Positions 18,563 to 27,927 of a stretch of DNA of 64,000 bases are shown here, piece by piece; the stretch's first letter is position 1, and each line of letters begins with the position of its first letter. A program made the position numbers and the translations under genes. Where the stretch lies: NCBI GenBank assembly GCA_018396995.1, contig JAGTQB010000002.1, positions 71,495-135,494 of the forward strand, given 5' to 3'. This DNA comes from Candidatus Bathyarchaeota archaeon (lineage in GTDB: Archaea > Thermoproteota > Bathyarchaeia > Bathyarchaeales > DTEX01). Under the pieces are notes generated by a model, which made no database searches, had not been told where the DNA came from, and saw nothing but the letters and a program-made list of their open reading frames with translations.

Positions 18563-19548
18563 TCTAGCATCACCTCAGGATAATAGCACATTATGACCCT
18601 GCATTCTCGATTGTAAAAGCGGTTATATAGGCTCTTAGCAAATAATCTAAAGGCTTCTCTTGAGGGTTTCTTCTCATACAAGTAGTTTAACAGCGTGCGG
18701 ATAAATGTTACATCAAGAATCTTTTTTGGCGTAGGATATCCACGCCCTACAATCTTAACGAACCCTAAGTTCATCTCATTGAAATCATATAATGCGCATG
18801 CTCCGCAGGGTCTATCATCGATGTGAAATCTCTCCCAAACCTTTTGTCTAACTCCAGCAACAATTTTCTTCTCCTCATCCTCATTAGAGTCCACAAAGAC
18901 TTCATATGACAACATACATGCATTGTTGTAGAGTGGGCCCATTGGTGGGAAATGTAGGAAGGTGCAGAATCCGTCAATATTCGCGCACTTAGAGTTCAGT
19001 ATAAAAGCGCCCAATTGAATCCCTGAAACCTCATTACAGATTTCCCTTATCTCTTCTATTGTAAGATCTCTTGGAAGCTGTACCCTTAAAACTCCCAGCT
19101 CCTGATAAAATTTTATAGCTTCAGAATTAAGCGCAACGCCGCCAATACTGACGTGCAACTTTACTCCTATATTCATCTTCCTCAGCGTTAATAGGAGGCC
19201 GAGGTCTGAGAGCACTATATAATCTACGCCGATATCAGCAGCCTTTTCCGTAATCTTTAAGAGAAGGTCGTATTGATCTGCCCTATAATAGTGTTCGTTT
19301 ATAGTTAGGGAGACCTCAGCGTTATGTGAATGAGCTATTTCAACACACTCCTCCAGCTCCTTGAAAGATTTGAGGTTAGCTGAGGGAGCCGGTCTCCTGG
19401 TTAAAGCGACTATAGCCGTGTACTTATGCAGCCACTCAGAGGGCACGAGACCGCAATAAATTTCATCTGCGCCAGCATCAATCAACTTGTCTACTTCATC
19501 AACCCTATCCACGGGAGCTAGTATCCTAATCATGCGCCCTCTACTCAA
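18541..19548 (-). CDS. peptidase U32-family protein (UbiU/YhbU-like)
   Basis: ILAPVDRVDEVDKLIDAGADEIYCG is the typical U32 N-terminus. Cys groups KCANIDGFC and RPCGAC. Confidence 0.75.
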   Translation of the reverse strand: MSRGRMIRILAPVDRVDEVDKLIDAGADEIYCGLVPSEWLHKYTAIVALTRRPAPSANLKSFKELEECVEIAHSHNAEVSLTINEHYYRADQYDLLLKITEKAADIGVDYIVLSDLGLLLTLRKMNIGVKLHVSIGGVALNSEAIKFYQELGVLRVQLPRDLTIEEIREICNEVSGIQLGAFILNSKCANIDGFCTFLHFPPMGPLYNNACMLSYEVFVDSNEDEEKKIVAGVRQKVWERFHIDDRPCGACALYDFNEMNLGFVKIVGRGYPTPKKILDVTFIRTLLNYLYEKKPSREAFRLFAKSLYNRFYNRECRVIMCYYPEVMLEWSEQHI

Positions 19549-20794
19549 GCGCCATGGCTACAAGCTCTATTAAATCATAGTATGCCATTCTCTCCCCCGC
19601 ATCAGCTATTGCCCTCTCAAAGTTTAAGGCACACCGCGGGCAACATGAGACTATTGCCTCCGCCGCGGCGTCTCTCGCCTCCTTAATTCTCTCCTTTGCA
19701 GTCCAAAGCGCGAAGCTTGGGTTAGCCTCTAGAACCCCACCTCCAGCCCCACAACACCATGCATACTCCCTTATCCTCTCCATCTCAACGAGCTCCAATC
19801 CCGGTATCGCGCGCAATACTTTCCTCGGGGCATCATAAACCCCCTTAGATCCGAAAAGCCAGACCTTTGGGGGCTCCCTCACGCCCAGCGCCTTAATCTC
19901 CCCCTGCCAAGGGACATAGGTTTCGCCGAGCCTTCCGAGCAAACATGGGTCATGATATGTTGCCCTTAAATCCACCCTTCTTGTCAGCTTTAGTCTACCT
20001 TCGTCCAGGAGTTTCTTTACAAGCTCGCTTACATGCATAACCTCAAAATTCATCTCTCTAATAACCTTCGGATACTCCCTCTTAAATGTCCCGTAGCAGT
20101 GGGCGCAGCTAACCAGTAGGGTTCTGGCTCCGGTCCTCCTAATGGAGTTAATATTATGCTCAATTAAATTTTTGGCTACGTTCCTCTGCCCGGTTCTCCA
20201 TAGGACAGCTCCGCAACAGTACTCCTCGCCTCCAAGCGTAGTAAAGTCTAGTCCAGCAGTCTTGAGTATTTTCACGGTCGCCTGTGCTATTCTTGGCTTC
20301 AAGTATGCTGTTGTGCACCCAACAAAATAGACTATCTCAGCCTTCTCCGCGGGTCCACATGCTTCCGGCATCCAGTTAAATCTCTTTTCATGGGGCTTCC
20401 CGTAGATGTTGTGGTGTCTAGTAACGTTCTCAGCAATAATCTTATGCTGGGGGAGAGGGGCTACTCCATCCTCAACGAGCTTTGCCCTGAGCTCAAGTAT
20501 TATATCGAGGACCTCGGCGTTTGCGTGAACCCATTTACATGCGTAATCGCAGTAGCCGCATATGGTACAGGAGTAAATTATTTCCTTAAGCTTCTCAGTG
20601 TAGCTCAGCTTACCTTCGAGCAGTGCGTTTGCGATGTACAGCATGCCCTGAGCCGAATATGCGTCGAATCCGAATCTTTTATGTATTGGGCAAGCCCTAT
20701 TATATTTCCAGCTCCTCTGTTTTTGGGTTGATATAACTTTGCAGAAGCCGCATCGGGTGCAGCATAATATGTCGCGCTTATAATCCTCTAGCAT
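19541..20794 (-). CDS. (Fe-S)-binding CCG-domain protein (GlcF/HdrD/GlpC-like)
   Basis: Two ferredoxin-type Cys motifs (CTRCGFC, CTICGYCDYAC) followed by two CCG-domain repeats (YCCG..., HDPC, WCCGAGGG). Confidence 0.85.
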   Translation of the reverse strand: MLEDYKRDILCCTRCGFCKVISTQKQRSWKYNRACPIHKRFGFDAYSAQGMLYIANALLEGKLSYTEKLKEIIYSCTICGYCDYACKWVHANAEVLDIILELRAKLVEDGVAPLPQHKIIAENVTRHHNIYGKPHEKRFNWMPEACGPAEKAEIVYFVGCTTAYLKPRIAQATVKILKTAGLDFTTLGGEEYCCGAVLWRTGQRNVAKNLIEHNINSIRRTGARTLLVSCAHCYGTFKREYPKVIREMNFEVMHVSELVKKLLDEGRLKLTRRVDLRATYHDPCLLGRLGETYVPWQGEIKALGVREPPKVWLFGSKGVYDAPRKVLRAIPGLELVEMERIREYAWCCGAGGGVLEANPSFALWTAKERIKEARDAAAEAIVSCCPRCALNFERAIADAGERMAYYDLIELVAMALE

Positions 20795-20805
20795 AGAACA
20801 CCCCC

Positions 20806-22314
20806 CTAAAATATTGATAATACTCCGGGGTTGAGGATATTATTAGGATCAAATATTCTCTTAAGCTGTTTAAGAATTGCCACTCCCTCAGTATACCGGT
20901 TGTATACCATGTCAGCCCAGAGACCGTAAGGCCTACTAAAGAAGGCGCCCATATTCATGAGCTCCTTGCTAGCCCTAATATAAATTCTCTTAACGATATC
21001 TGTCTCCCTTGGGTCCGCTGGGTTATATGGAAAGTCGAACTCTATGTGGTAGGCATGGCCTTGCACAATTGGCTGTATGTAGCCGCCTATATCTGTTATA
21101 GAATAGCCCATTTCAGACGCAATTCTATAAACGACCTTGGGGTATATGCTTGCTCTGCTTGGTGGTGCAAGAAAGAATACTTCGCAACATGAAGCCTTAT
21201 ACCTCAGCTTCCAATACGGCTCTTCATCCCAAGGTCTGGAGAGAAGTCTAAGCATCTTCTTCTCCTTCCCCGGAGCGCCCGGTAGCGATGGGAGGGGATC
21301 GAATGCTAGCTCCTGCGCTATGTCCATCAGACACTTCTCTTGAACTCTTATTCTCTCCTCAGCCCTCCGATATCCTCCAATCGTCAATATTACTATCCAC
21401 GGCGGAAGATTTCTCCTCAGCTTCTCAAACTCCTCAGGCCACTTCTCCGCAAGGATAACAGCCATATTAAAGTTGTTTAATGCAAGGATTTGATCGGCCA
21501 CGCTTCCCATAACCCCATATCTTAGGAGCCTATTCATGGGCTCAATAGTATCCTCAGGCTTATCAAATGGTATAAAGTAGATCTTCTGGAGGGCGGGAGC
21601 TACCTCAGCTTTAACCATAGCCCATGTAATAATTCCGAATGCTCCCTGCGCCCCCGAGAGGAGCTTAAAGTATTTTATGTCCCCTGGTCCAAAGGGATTA
21701 ACCATATCCGCATTTATCTCCTCTATTACTCCCGGACCGGAGGCGGTTCCAGTCCTGAACTCATCCCCGGTCCCGAAGATCACCTCCATTGTTAATAGTG
21801 GGTCTACGTAATCAAATTGATATTTGGGTATTGTTGGCGGCTCCCTCTCTAAGTAGCTTGTGACTACGGACTTTGATGCCCGCGGGAGGAATGGCATGTT
21901 AAGCCTTAAACCATGTTTTTCGAGTTCCGGTATGAGTTCACCGAAGGTTACACCGGGCTCAATCATCACAGCCCTATTTCTAGCATCGATTCTCAGAATA
22001 CTCTTCATCTTACTGAGGTTTACTATTATGCCCCCTTGCCTTGGTACGGTGTCTCCGCGGAAGTGGGGTGGTCCTGAGCTGACAGGTATAAGCGGAATAT
22101 TATTCTCGTTTGCGAAGAGCACTATTCTTTTAATCTCCTCCTTGCTCCTAGGGTATACCACGCATAAGGGCTTCATGGGCTTAACGAAACTATGGTCTCT
22201 TGAAAACTCCTCAAGCACTTTAGGATCATCTGAAACATTTTCTGTTCCCACAATCTCCGCTAATCTCTTAACTATCAGGTTTGGTTCCAGTAAGGTCATA
22301 TAACTTAACCTCAC
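20806..22314 (-). CDS. FAD-linked oxidase (PCMH/VAO-type, GlcD/GlcE-like)
   Basis: FAD_binding_4-type N-terminal half (IPLIPVSSGPPHFRGDTVP...MIEPGVTFGEL). Confidence 0.85.
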   Translation of the reverse strand: MRLSYMTLLEPNLIVKRLAEIVGTENVSDDPKVLEEFSRDHSFVKPMKPLCVVYPRSKEEIKRIVLFANENNIPLIPVSSGPPHFRGDTVPRQGGIIVNLSKMKSILRIDARNRAVMIEPGVTFGELIPELEKHGLRLNMPFLPRASKSVVTSYLEREPPTIPKYQFDYVDPLLTMEVIFGTGDEFRTGTASGPGVIEEINADMVNPFGPGDIKYFKLLSGAQGAFGIITWAMVKAEVAPALQKIYFIPFDKPEDTIEPMNRLLRYGVMGSVADQILALNNFNMAVILAEKWPEEFEKLRRNLPPWIVILTIGGYRRAEERIRVQEKCLMDIAQELAFDPLPSLPGAPGKEKKMLRLLSRPWDEEPYWKLRYKASCCEVFFLAPPSRASIYPKVVYRIASEMGYSITDIGGYIQPIVQGHAYHIEFDFPYNPADPRETDIVKRIYIRASKELMNMGAFFSRPYGLWADMVYNRYTEGVAILKQLKRIFDPNNILNPGVLSIF

Positions 22315-23912
22315 TCCTCTGGTATAACATAGAATTTTGGATTTGATACCAAGTTTGGATCTAAAGCCTTCTTAACCCTCATCTGCCAAATGTGGAAATT
22401 GCTATATAGTGGCCCAACTCTTTTGATATGCTCATCACCGTATGATCCAAACCGAAACATTATGTCTGGAAACTTCTCCCTAAAGTTTCTTTCCATTATT
22501 TTCCCCGCATATTCTTCCATGGCTTTCCTAGAGGCGGGGTCTGTTGGGTCGCCTAAAATTAGGTGCTCCGTGCACGCCATATGCCCATATTCTGTGGGCA
22601 CGATCCAGTAGCTGTCGGTTATGTCTACGATAAGGCCTTTCTCTACAAATTCCCTCATTATTTCAGGTATGGCCATCCCCCACTTCACCATTGTGTCAAT
22701 GGAGTCTACGCCGCAAGCGGTGCTAATGAAGCCGCCAAATTTCTGTACTCGGCAACTTGAGATTCCAAGTAGGACGCTTATCGTCGCTTGGTCAAATGTT
22801 AAGGTCTTTCCCTCTTCAAACCCATCCTCATAAAATTCTCTCGGAGCCTCCCTCCCCCCGTACTCGGCTATTATCTCTCTCACAACTTTCTCCTGATATT
22901 CCAAGTCTTCGCGGCAACAGGCTTCAATAAACACGTTAATCATGCGGGAGGTCTCAGCTTGATATATTCCACTTCTAATCTTTTCCCAGGCCTCCTCAAC
23001 CGTGGTGCAGCTCTCTATCATCATGGGCCAGTTAAAATACTTGAATATAGCTGTGCCAACTTCAGCCTTGCTTATCTCATATAAGGCGTCAGCCAAATTC
23101 CTAATACTCTTCTCCCAGCCCACTTCATTAATTCCCGGCATCTGAAACATCAATAGCTTAAATTTGTCTTCGGGAAGGTTAGTTTTATATACGAATGCTC
23201 CAGTCTTTGGATGTATAATGGTCTCTACATCAAGTTCTCTTGGACCCCACCAAGGATATAGTTTAATGGCTATTTTAGTGACTATGCCCATACCCGCCCG
23301 TGTTAGTAAGCCGTCTAGGCCTGGACCCGGCCCTGTGGGGCAGAACCAGCCAGCTCCCACACCCAGCGAACCTACCCTCACAATATCGCCGGTTGGCGTC
23401 ACCCATTCCGCGGCCAATGCGTGTCTCCGCCCATCAGAGAACCTGTTGGCCATATACCCATGCCCCTCTATACCCTTTGCCAGAGCCCCCACTAAAGCGG
23501 ACCCTACAACACTGGCCGCTGGGTACTGTAGCCCCCTCTTAAAACACTCTATCGCGAGAGCAGCTCTTGTAACCCCGGGCTCAACAACGGCATACATATC
23601 CTTCTCATTAATCTCAATTATTCTATCCATTCTCTTTAGATCGAATAGGAGCATGTCTGGCTCTGTGCACGCTGGCTGCATTGTAACGAAGCATGAGAAC
23701 CTTATCTTATACCTGTTACATACTTTTACGATTGCGGAAACCTCCTCCGTAGTCTTTGGCATAACGACAGCTGCTGGAGGATATGAGGGGGGCATCGCTC
23801 CACTGCGGTGATACGCGGCGAGCACTGCTGGGTCATCGCTTATATTCTCCGGTCCAACGATGTCCTCAATTATCCTATAAGCGATTCTAGGCAAACCCAC
23901 AATTACCACCAC
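22311..23912 (-). CDS. FAD-linked oxidase (PCMH/VAO-type), divergent second subunit
   Basis: IVGPENISDDPAVLAAY...VVEPGVTRAAL; 4-nt overlap with the downstream paralogue. Confidence 0.8.
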   Translation of the reverse strand: MVVIVGLPRIAYRIIEDIVGPENISDDPAVLAAYHRSGAMPPSYPPAAVVMPKTTEEVSAIVKVCNRYKIRFSCFVTMQPACTEPDMLLFDLKRMDRIIEINEKDMYAVVEPGVTRAALAIECFKRGLQYPAASVVGSALVGALAKGIEGHGYMANRFSDGRRHALAAEWVTPTGDIVRVGSLGVGAGWFCPTGPGPGLDGLLTRAGMGIVTKIAIKLYPWWGPRELDVETIIHPKTGAFVYKTNLPEDKFKLLMFQMPGINEVGWEKSIRNLADALYEISKAEVGTAIFKYFNWPMMIESCTTVEEAWEKIRSGIYQAETSRMINVFIEACCREDLEYQEKVVREIIAEYGGREAPREFYEDGFEEGKTLTFDQATISVLLGISSCRVQKFGGFISTACGVDSIDTMVKWGMAIPEIMREFVEKGLIVDITDSYWIVPTEYGHMACTEHLILGDPTDPASRKAMEEYAGKIMERNFREKFPDIMFRFGSYGDEHIKRVGPLYSNFHIWQMRVKKALDPNLVSNPKFYVIPEE

Positions 23913-23948
23913 CTAAAAACGTTGGAGATACGCCACCCGCACATAGTT

Positions 23949-24434
23949 TTACTTCTTGCGTAGGCGGCGGATCTCTTCAGGAGTGAAGAGCACTCGTTGC
24001 CTATGCGTTGGAATCTGGTGTCCAACGCTAGTATATGTTGATGCAAAAAGAATGTGACCCCATAGGAATGGCTTGCCAACCCTTTTTATAATGATGGGGC
24101 CATGTGGCATTCCCTTAGGAACATAAACTATGGATGTATTCTCAATAACGTGCTTTTCCTGTTCCTCACCCAAATATACTTCGACTTCGGCATCAAACTC
24201 GAAAAAGTTCGCTGGGTTGCCACCTAATATGAACAGTATTTCGTCCGAATCATGCCAATGGGGTCTACCCACCATTGTAAACGGCTCTGTTATATACATG
24301 AGTTGGAGGTCTGCTGGGAAACCGGGGAGCCTTATAAAACATTCTTCATGGCCGCACGCATGTATACTTGGGTATCCTCTTATGTTCTCTAATGGCTCCT
24401 TAATAATATACTTCCCATACTTTGTCTCGCTCAA
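23949..24434 (-). CDS. single-domain cupin, same family as the three bicupins at 26.8-29.9 kb
   Basis: PHWHDSDEILFILGG...AEVEVYLGEEQEKHVI...VPKGMPHGP aligns with each half of the 308-316-aa paralogues. Confidence 0.6.
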   Translation of the reverse strand: MSETKYGKYIIKEPLENIRGYPSIHACGHEECFIRLPGFPADLQLMYITEPFTMVGRPHWHDSDEILFILGGNPANFFEFDAEVEVYLGEEQEKHVIENTSIVYVPKGMPHGPIIIKRVGKPFLWGHILFASTYTSVGHQIPTHRQRVLFTPEEIRRLRKK

Positions 24435-24558
24435 TGTTACCTCCTCCGTGAGACTGAAGTCTCCGGAAAATATTTAAAACTTTCCTAAAGTTATTAAGCT
24501 GGCTTCAGATTTTTTAAAAAAAGATTTAAGGTGATTGTATTGTTTAGCAAGGTTTTCT

Positions 24559-24702
24559 TTACATTAGCCTATCCAATAGATAGTAGAATGCTGTTGAGAA
24601 TATCTCTATTAATACTACAGCAATAATTGACCCTGAGAGTTCACCAGTAAAAACATATGTTATGAGTAGAGCGACTGGGTCAACTACAAGCCGATATATC
24701 AA
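24559..24702 (-). CDS. possible DUF2061-like small membrane ORF (may be truncated)
   Basis: My translation is LIYRLVVDPVALLITYVFTGELSGSIIAVVLIEIFSTAFYYLLDRLM*. It resembles DUF2061 two-TM proteins. Only a TTG start is available and an in-frame stop lies 14 codons upstream. Confidence 0.3.
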   Translation of the reverse strand: MIYRLVVDPVALLITYVFTGELSGSIIAVVLIEIFSTAFYYLLDRLM

Positions 24703-24834
24703 TGTCTTCTTTAGGCTGGTTTTTCGAGGGCGGTAAATTGGCTAGGCATCCCTTCCACCACTCAGTGGATAAAAAGTATAGAGTAAAAAATATTTAAGAG
24801 TTACTTCCCACACGAGTCTACTTAATTATTCTTT

Positions 24835-25416
24835 TCACCTTGGCTTACATATAATCTCCTTAATTTTTCTTCTTTCTTCCTTTCTACCGAGGATAGGCTC
24901 TAATTTAAGGAAGTCTTTGCTTTTTATAGCTTCCATAATAATGGCTGTGTCTACGCCGCCACCCTTCTCATAGCCTAGTCCTCCGGTTCCGCCAATTGCA
25001 ATAACTTCTTCTCCGGGCTGAATGAAGCCGGCCTCGGTGGCCACTAATACGATCTCAACACAAACTTTGAGTCCCTCACAGAATCTGCGTAAAGTGTCCT
25101 GTAGGACTTCTGGAAACTCATATTTTACGTCTGTGGCGTAGCAGAAATTGTGCCCCATCTGCTCCAGCTTACGTCGTAAATTCTCTGGAAAACCAGGGAA
25201 GGGCGAGCCCGGCGGGCCTCTTAAACCCACGACAGTCAGCTTAATGTTAGTGTCCTTAAATATTTCTAAGGCCTTCTCAGCCGAGAAACCCGTAACTGAG
25301 GCTAAAATAACATTCTTTATTCCCCTCGCAATTGCTCTTTCCCTAGCCAATTTAAGTGTATCTTCAGTGTTATGTTTCCCCCCGCTCTCAAAGTAAACTA
25401 TCTTCTCCATAATCAT
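24835..25416 (-). CDS. pyruvate kinase C-terminal (alpha/beta) domain-like protein
   Basis: YFESGGKHNTEDTLKLARERA...VILASVTG...AIGGTGG resembles stand-alone PK_C-like proteins. Confidence 0.55.
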   Translation of the reverse strand: MIMEKIVYFESGGKHNTEDTLKLARERAIARGIKNVILASVTGFSAEKALEIFKDTNIKLTVVGLRGPPGSPFPGFPENLRRKLEQMGHNFCYATDVKYEFPEVLQDTLRRFCEGLKVCVEIVLVATEAGFIQPGEEVIAIGGTGGLGYEKGGGVDTAIIMEAIKSKDFLKLEPILGRKEERRKIKEIICKPR

Positions 25417-25497
25417 AACTAAAACTTCCCTCCCTATGGATTAAAAATTCATAGCTTCCTTAGAGTATTTAAAATCTTTTACTTGAACATCTCATAT

Positions 25498-26634
25498 TTA
25501 TTGGGATAAAAGTCCACGGGCTTTCTTTAGCCAATCTATTATTGGGATTTTTCTCGGACACTTCTTTACGCACTCGCCGCATTCGTTGCAATCTTCTATT
25601 CTATGTCCCTCAATCTTATAGTAAAAGCGGGAAGTCTTAGCATCGTCATAAGCTATGGCGTCCTCATAGAGCTCAAATACGCGGGGAACATTAATCCCCT
25701 GGGGACAAGGCATACAACAATAGCATGTGGCGCACTTAATTGGTCTCATTTTGAGATAAGCATCCTTAATGTTCTCGAAGGCTATTAGCTCCTGTACGCT
25801 GAGATTGTTTGCATCAGATTTTTCTACTAATGCAATATACTCAAGCATCTGCTCTACTCCATTAAAATCAACAACAACAGTTGAAACCTCCGGGTGATTC
25901 CATATCCACCTCAGCCCCCACTCAGCTAAAGAACCCCTGCTGAGTAGCTCCTCCCAATACTTAGTAACGGGCTCAGGCGGCTTTTTAAGGAGATTACCCC
26001 CCTTAAATGGATCAGTAACAACCACAGCTAATCCATTACTAGCAGCATATTTGAGCCCGGTGATCCCGGGGTGGTGGTTTACATCAACATAGCTATACTT
26101 TATTTGGCAAAACGCCCATCCTTTATAGGCTGTTATGATATCTCTTAGGTATGGTGTGTCATCGTGGAAAGAGAACCCAACTATCCCTATTTTCCCCTCC
26201 TCAATAGTTTTATCCACCCACTCAATTATATTCAACTTCTTTATTTTAGGCCACGTCTCTCTATTCAGCTCCCCTATAACACAGAAGTCGATTCTCGAAG
26301 CTCTCAAAGTCCTGAGATATTCATCTAAATAATGGTTTAGGTCAGAAATAGAATTTATTGAGGCTATGGGAAAAGTTAGAGAAATCTTAGCTTTTTCTAG
26401 ATAATTCCCCCGAAGGGCCTCACTTATAACTTCTAGTCTTCGCCTATATGTTTCCATGTCGTAGGGGTGGCCTAAGTCAAAGTAATTTATTCCTTGATCC
26501 ACAGCACATTGTATAAGTTCAATTGCTTTATTCTCGTTCATTGAGTCTAGGTAGCAGGCGCCGAAAGATAGCACTGAAACCTCAAACTTAGTGTTACCAA
26601 ACTTTCTGTACTTCATGTTTAGCACCCGAGACAA
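25498..26634 (-). CDS. aldo/keto reductase with C-terminal 4Fe-4S domain (COG1453-like)
   Basis: MKYRKFGNTKFEVSVLSFG AKR N-terminus. C-terminal CATCYCCMPCP and CNECGECVKKCP. Confidence 0.85.
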   Translation of the reverse strand: MSRVLNMKYRKFGNTKFEVSVLSFGACYLDSMNENKAIELIQCAVDQGINYFDLGHPYDMETYRRRLEVISEALRGNYLEKAKISLTFPIASINSISDLNHYLDEYLRTLRASRIDFCVIGELNRETWPKIKKLNIIEWVDKTIEEGKIGIVGFSFHDDTPYLRDIITAYKGWAFCQIKYSYVDVNHHPGITGLKYAASNGLAVVVTDPFKGGNLLKKPPEPVTKYWEELLSRGSLAEWGLRWIWNHPEVSTVVVDFNGVEQMLEYIALVEKSDANNLSVQELIAFENIKDAYLKMRPIKCATCYCCMPCPQGINVPRVFELYEDAIAYDDAKTSRFYYKIEGHRIEDCNECGECVKKCPRKIPIIDWLKKARGLLSQ

Positions 26635-26839
26635 CTCATTTTACGTAATTGGTGAACTTGTTATTTTAGAGACATTCTTAGCATCAATATTTAAAAGTAT
26701 TTGAATCAACTCTTTTCCACTATAAACTTTCATAGGCTATTATGGCAGTTTCTGGGTGATAGAAGAATAATGTTATTGATGTATATGAGCCTACGTCCCA
26801 TGTGAGAATAGAAATAAATAATGAGGGTAAATGTTTTAG

Positions 26840-27790
26840 TTATTCCTCTTGGGGTAGCCAAGTGGTTTCATGTTCGGCGTCGAGACACATAACTATGAAC
26901 CCATAGGGCTTATCAACCCATAACGTTATCTCTGGACAGTGAACTAAGTTTCTAGGAGCTATGACTGCAGAGGGCACTTTAATTAAATGTCTCTCTCCCT
27001 CTTCTCCTAAAGCGAACTCCACTTCGGCTCCCAAGTACTGCAGGTTATTTGGGTCTAAGCCTACAAAGATTAATGCTTCGTCAACCGGGTGTACATGCGC
27101 TCCTCCCCTACCAATCCTATGCCAGATTCCAGGGCGACTATAAAACCCCCATGAAACATTCAACTTTATGTTCTCAAGGTTTTCACCATAAAACCATACA
27201 ATCTGTTCGGCGTTCCCAGGCCCTGGAGGAATAAATCTAGACCTGGCTGCTGTGGGCGGCATTAATTTTTTGCTCATGCAGAAGCGGGCCATCCTGAATG
27301 GTTTTATCAAGCGCATATACTTTGTTCCCGGGGCCGCAGATGTCTTCTTTGGCACTCTATCCGCCCTATATTCGGAACTTAGCCCCACTAAATAGTGAGC
27401 TATTGGTTTTTCGAGCCATTTAACCTTTACTGGTCCATGTGGTGTACCCCTCGGAATAACCACTGCAGCTGCCTCATAAAAAGTGTACTCCTCATTTTCT
27501 TTTCCAAGACATATAGATATCTCTGCGTTTAGATCGAGGATATCGCCTGATGCGTCAATAGGAGCAAAAATTAAGACTTCATCATATGGATGTAGGAGCA
27601 GCTCATCGCTCACTGGGTGACAGATGCACGGTTCCTTTATGAATCCATAGGAGAATATTACATTTAACCCCTCAAGATCCCTCGACTCCATCCAGAAGCG
27701 TGGTTCAGGGTAAAGTCCTTCTGGGCCAGATTTAACAATTAATGGTTTAACTAAATTCCTATACTTTTTCTCCATAAGAGTGGCGCCCAT
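26840..27790 (-). CDS. bicupin protein, uncharacterised family (paralogue A)
   Basis: Two internal cupin repeats. The C-terminal repeat keeps HVHPVDE (HxHxxxE) plus a downstream His; the N-terminal repeat has LHPYDE. Confidence 0.6.
   Translation of the reverse strand: MGATLMEKKYRNLVKPLIVKSGPEGLYPEPRFWMESRDLEGLNVIFSYGFIKEPCICHPVSDELLLHPYDEVLIFAPIDASGDILDLNAEISICLGKENEEYTFYEAAAVVIPRGTPHGPVKVKWLEKPIAHYLVGLSSEYRADRVPKKTSAAPGTKYMRLIKPFRMARFCMSKKLMPPTAARSRFIPPGPGNAEQIVWFYGENLENIKLNVSWGFYSRPGIWHRIGRGGAHVHPVDEALIFVGLDPNNLQYLGAEVEFALGEEGERHLIKVPSAVIAPRNLVHCPEITLWVDKPYGFIVMCLDAEHETTWLPQEE
27057..27106. repeat. 50-nt exact inverted repeat, partner at 28606..28655
   Basis: By-eye alignment of paralogue A against the reverse complement of B over the GGAHVHPVDEALIFVGL codons. 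The same spurious ORF peptide LQRLMLRQPGVHALL appears in both antisense frames. Confidence 0.7.
27637..27694. repeat. 58-nt exact inverted repeat, partner at 28018..28075
   Basis: By-eye alignment over the WMESRDLEGLNVIFSYGFI codons. The flanks diverge immediately. Confidence 0.7.
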
Positions 27791-27927
27791 AACTATTTTC
27801 GGCTCTATCCAATATATAAGTGTGGGGGATCTATAAGTTTAAATTCGCTTTAAAATAGTGTTGCAGCAAGTTCTCTAAAAATAGAGAAGTCTTAAATACT
27901 TGGTGGAGAAAGTAAGCTGAGATTGAG

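Noticed and set aside
23164-23811. 215-aa plus-strand ORF (and 23300..23542) antisense to the 533-aa FAD-linked oxidase
   Set aside because: The sequence is Pro/Ser/Ala-rich and has no motif. The opposite strand encodes a well-supported PCMH-type flavoprotein within a tight operon.
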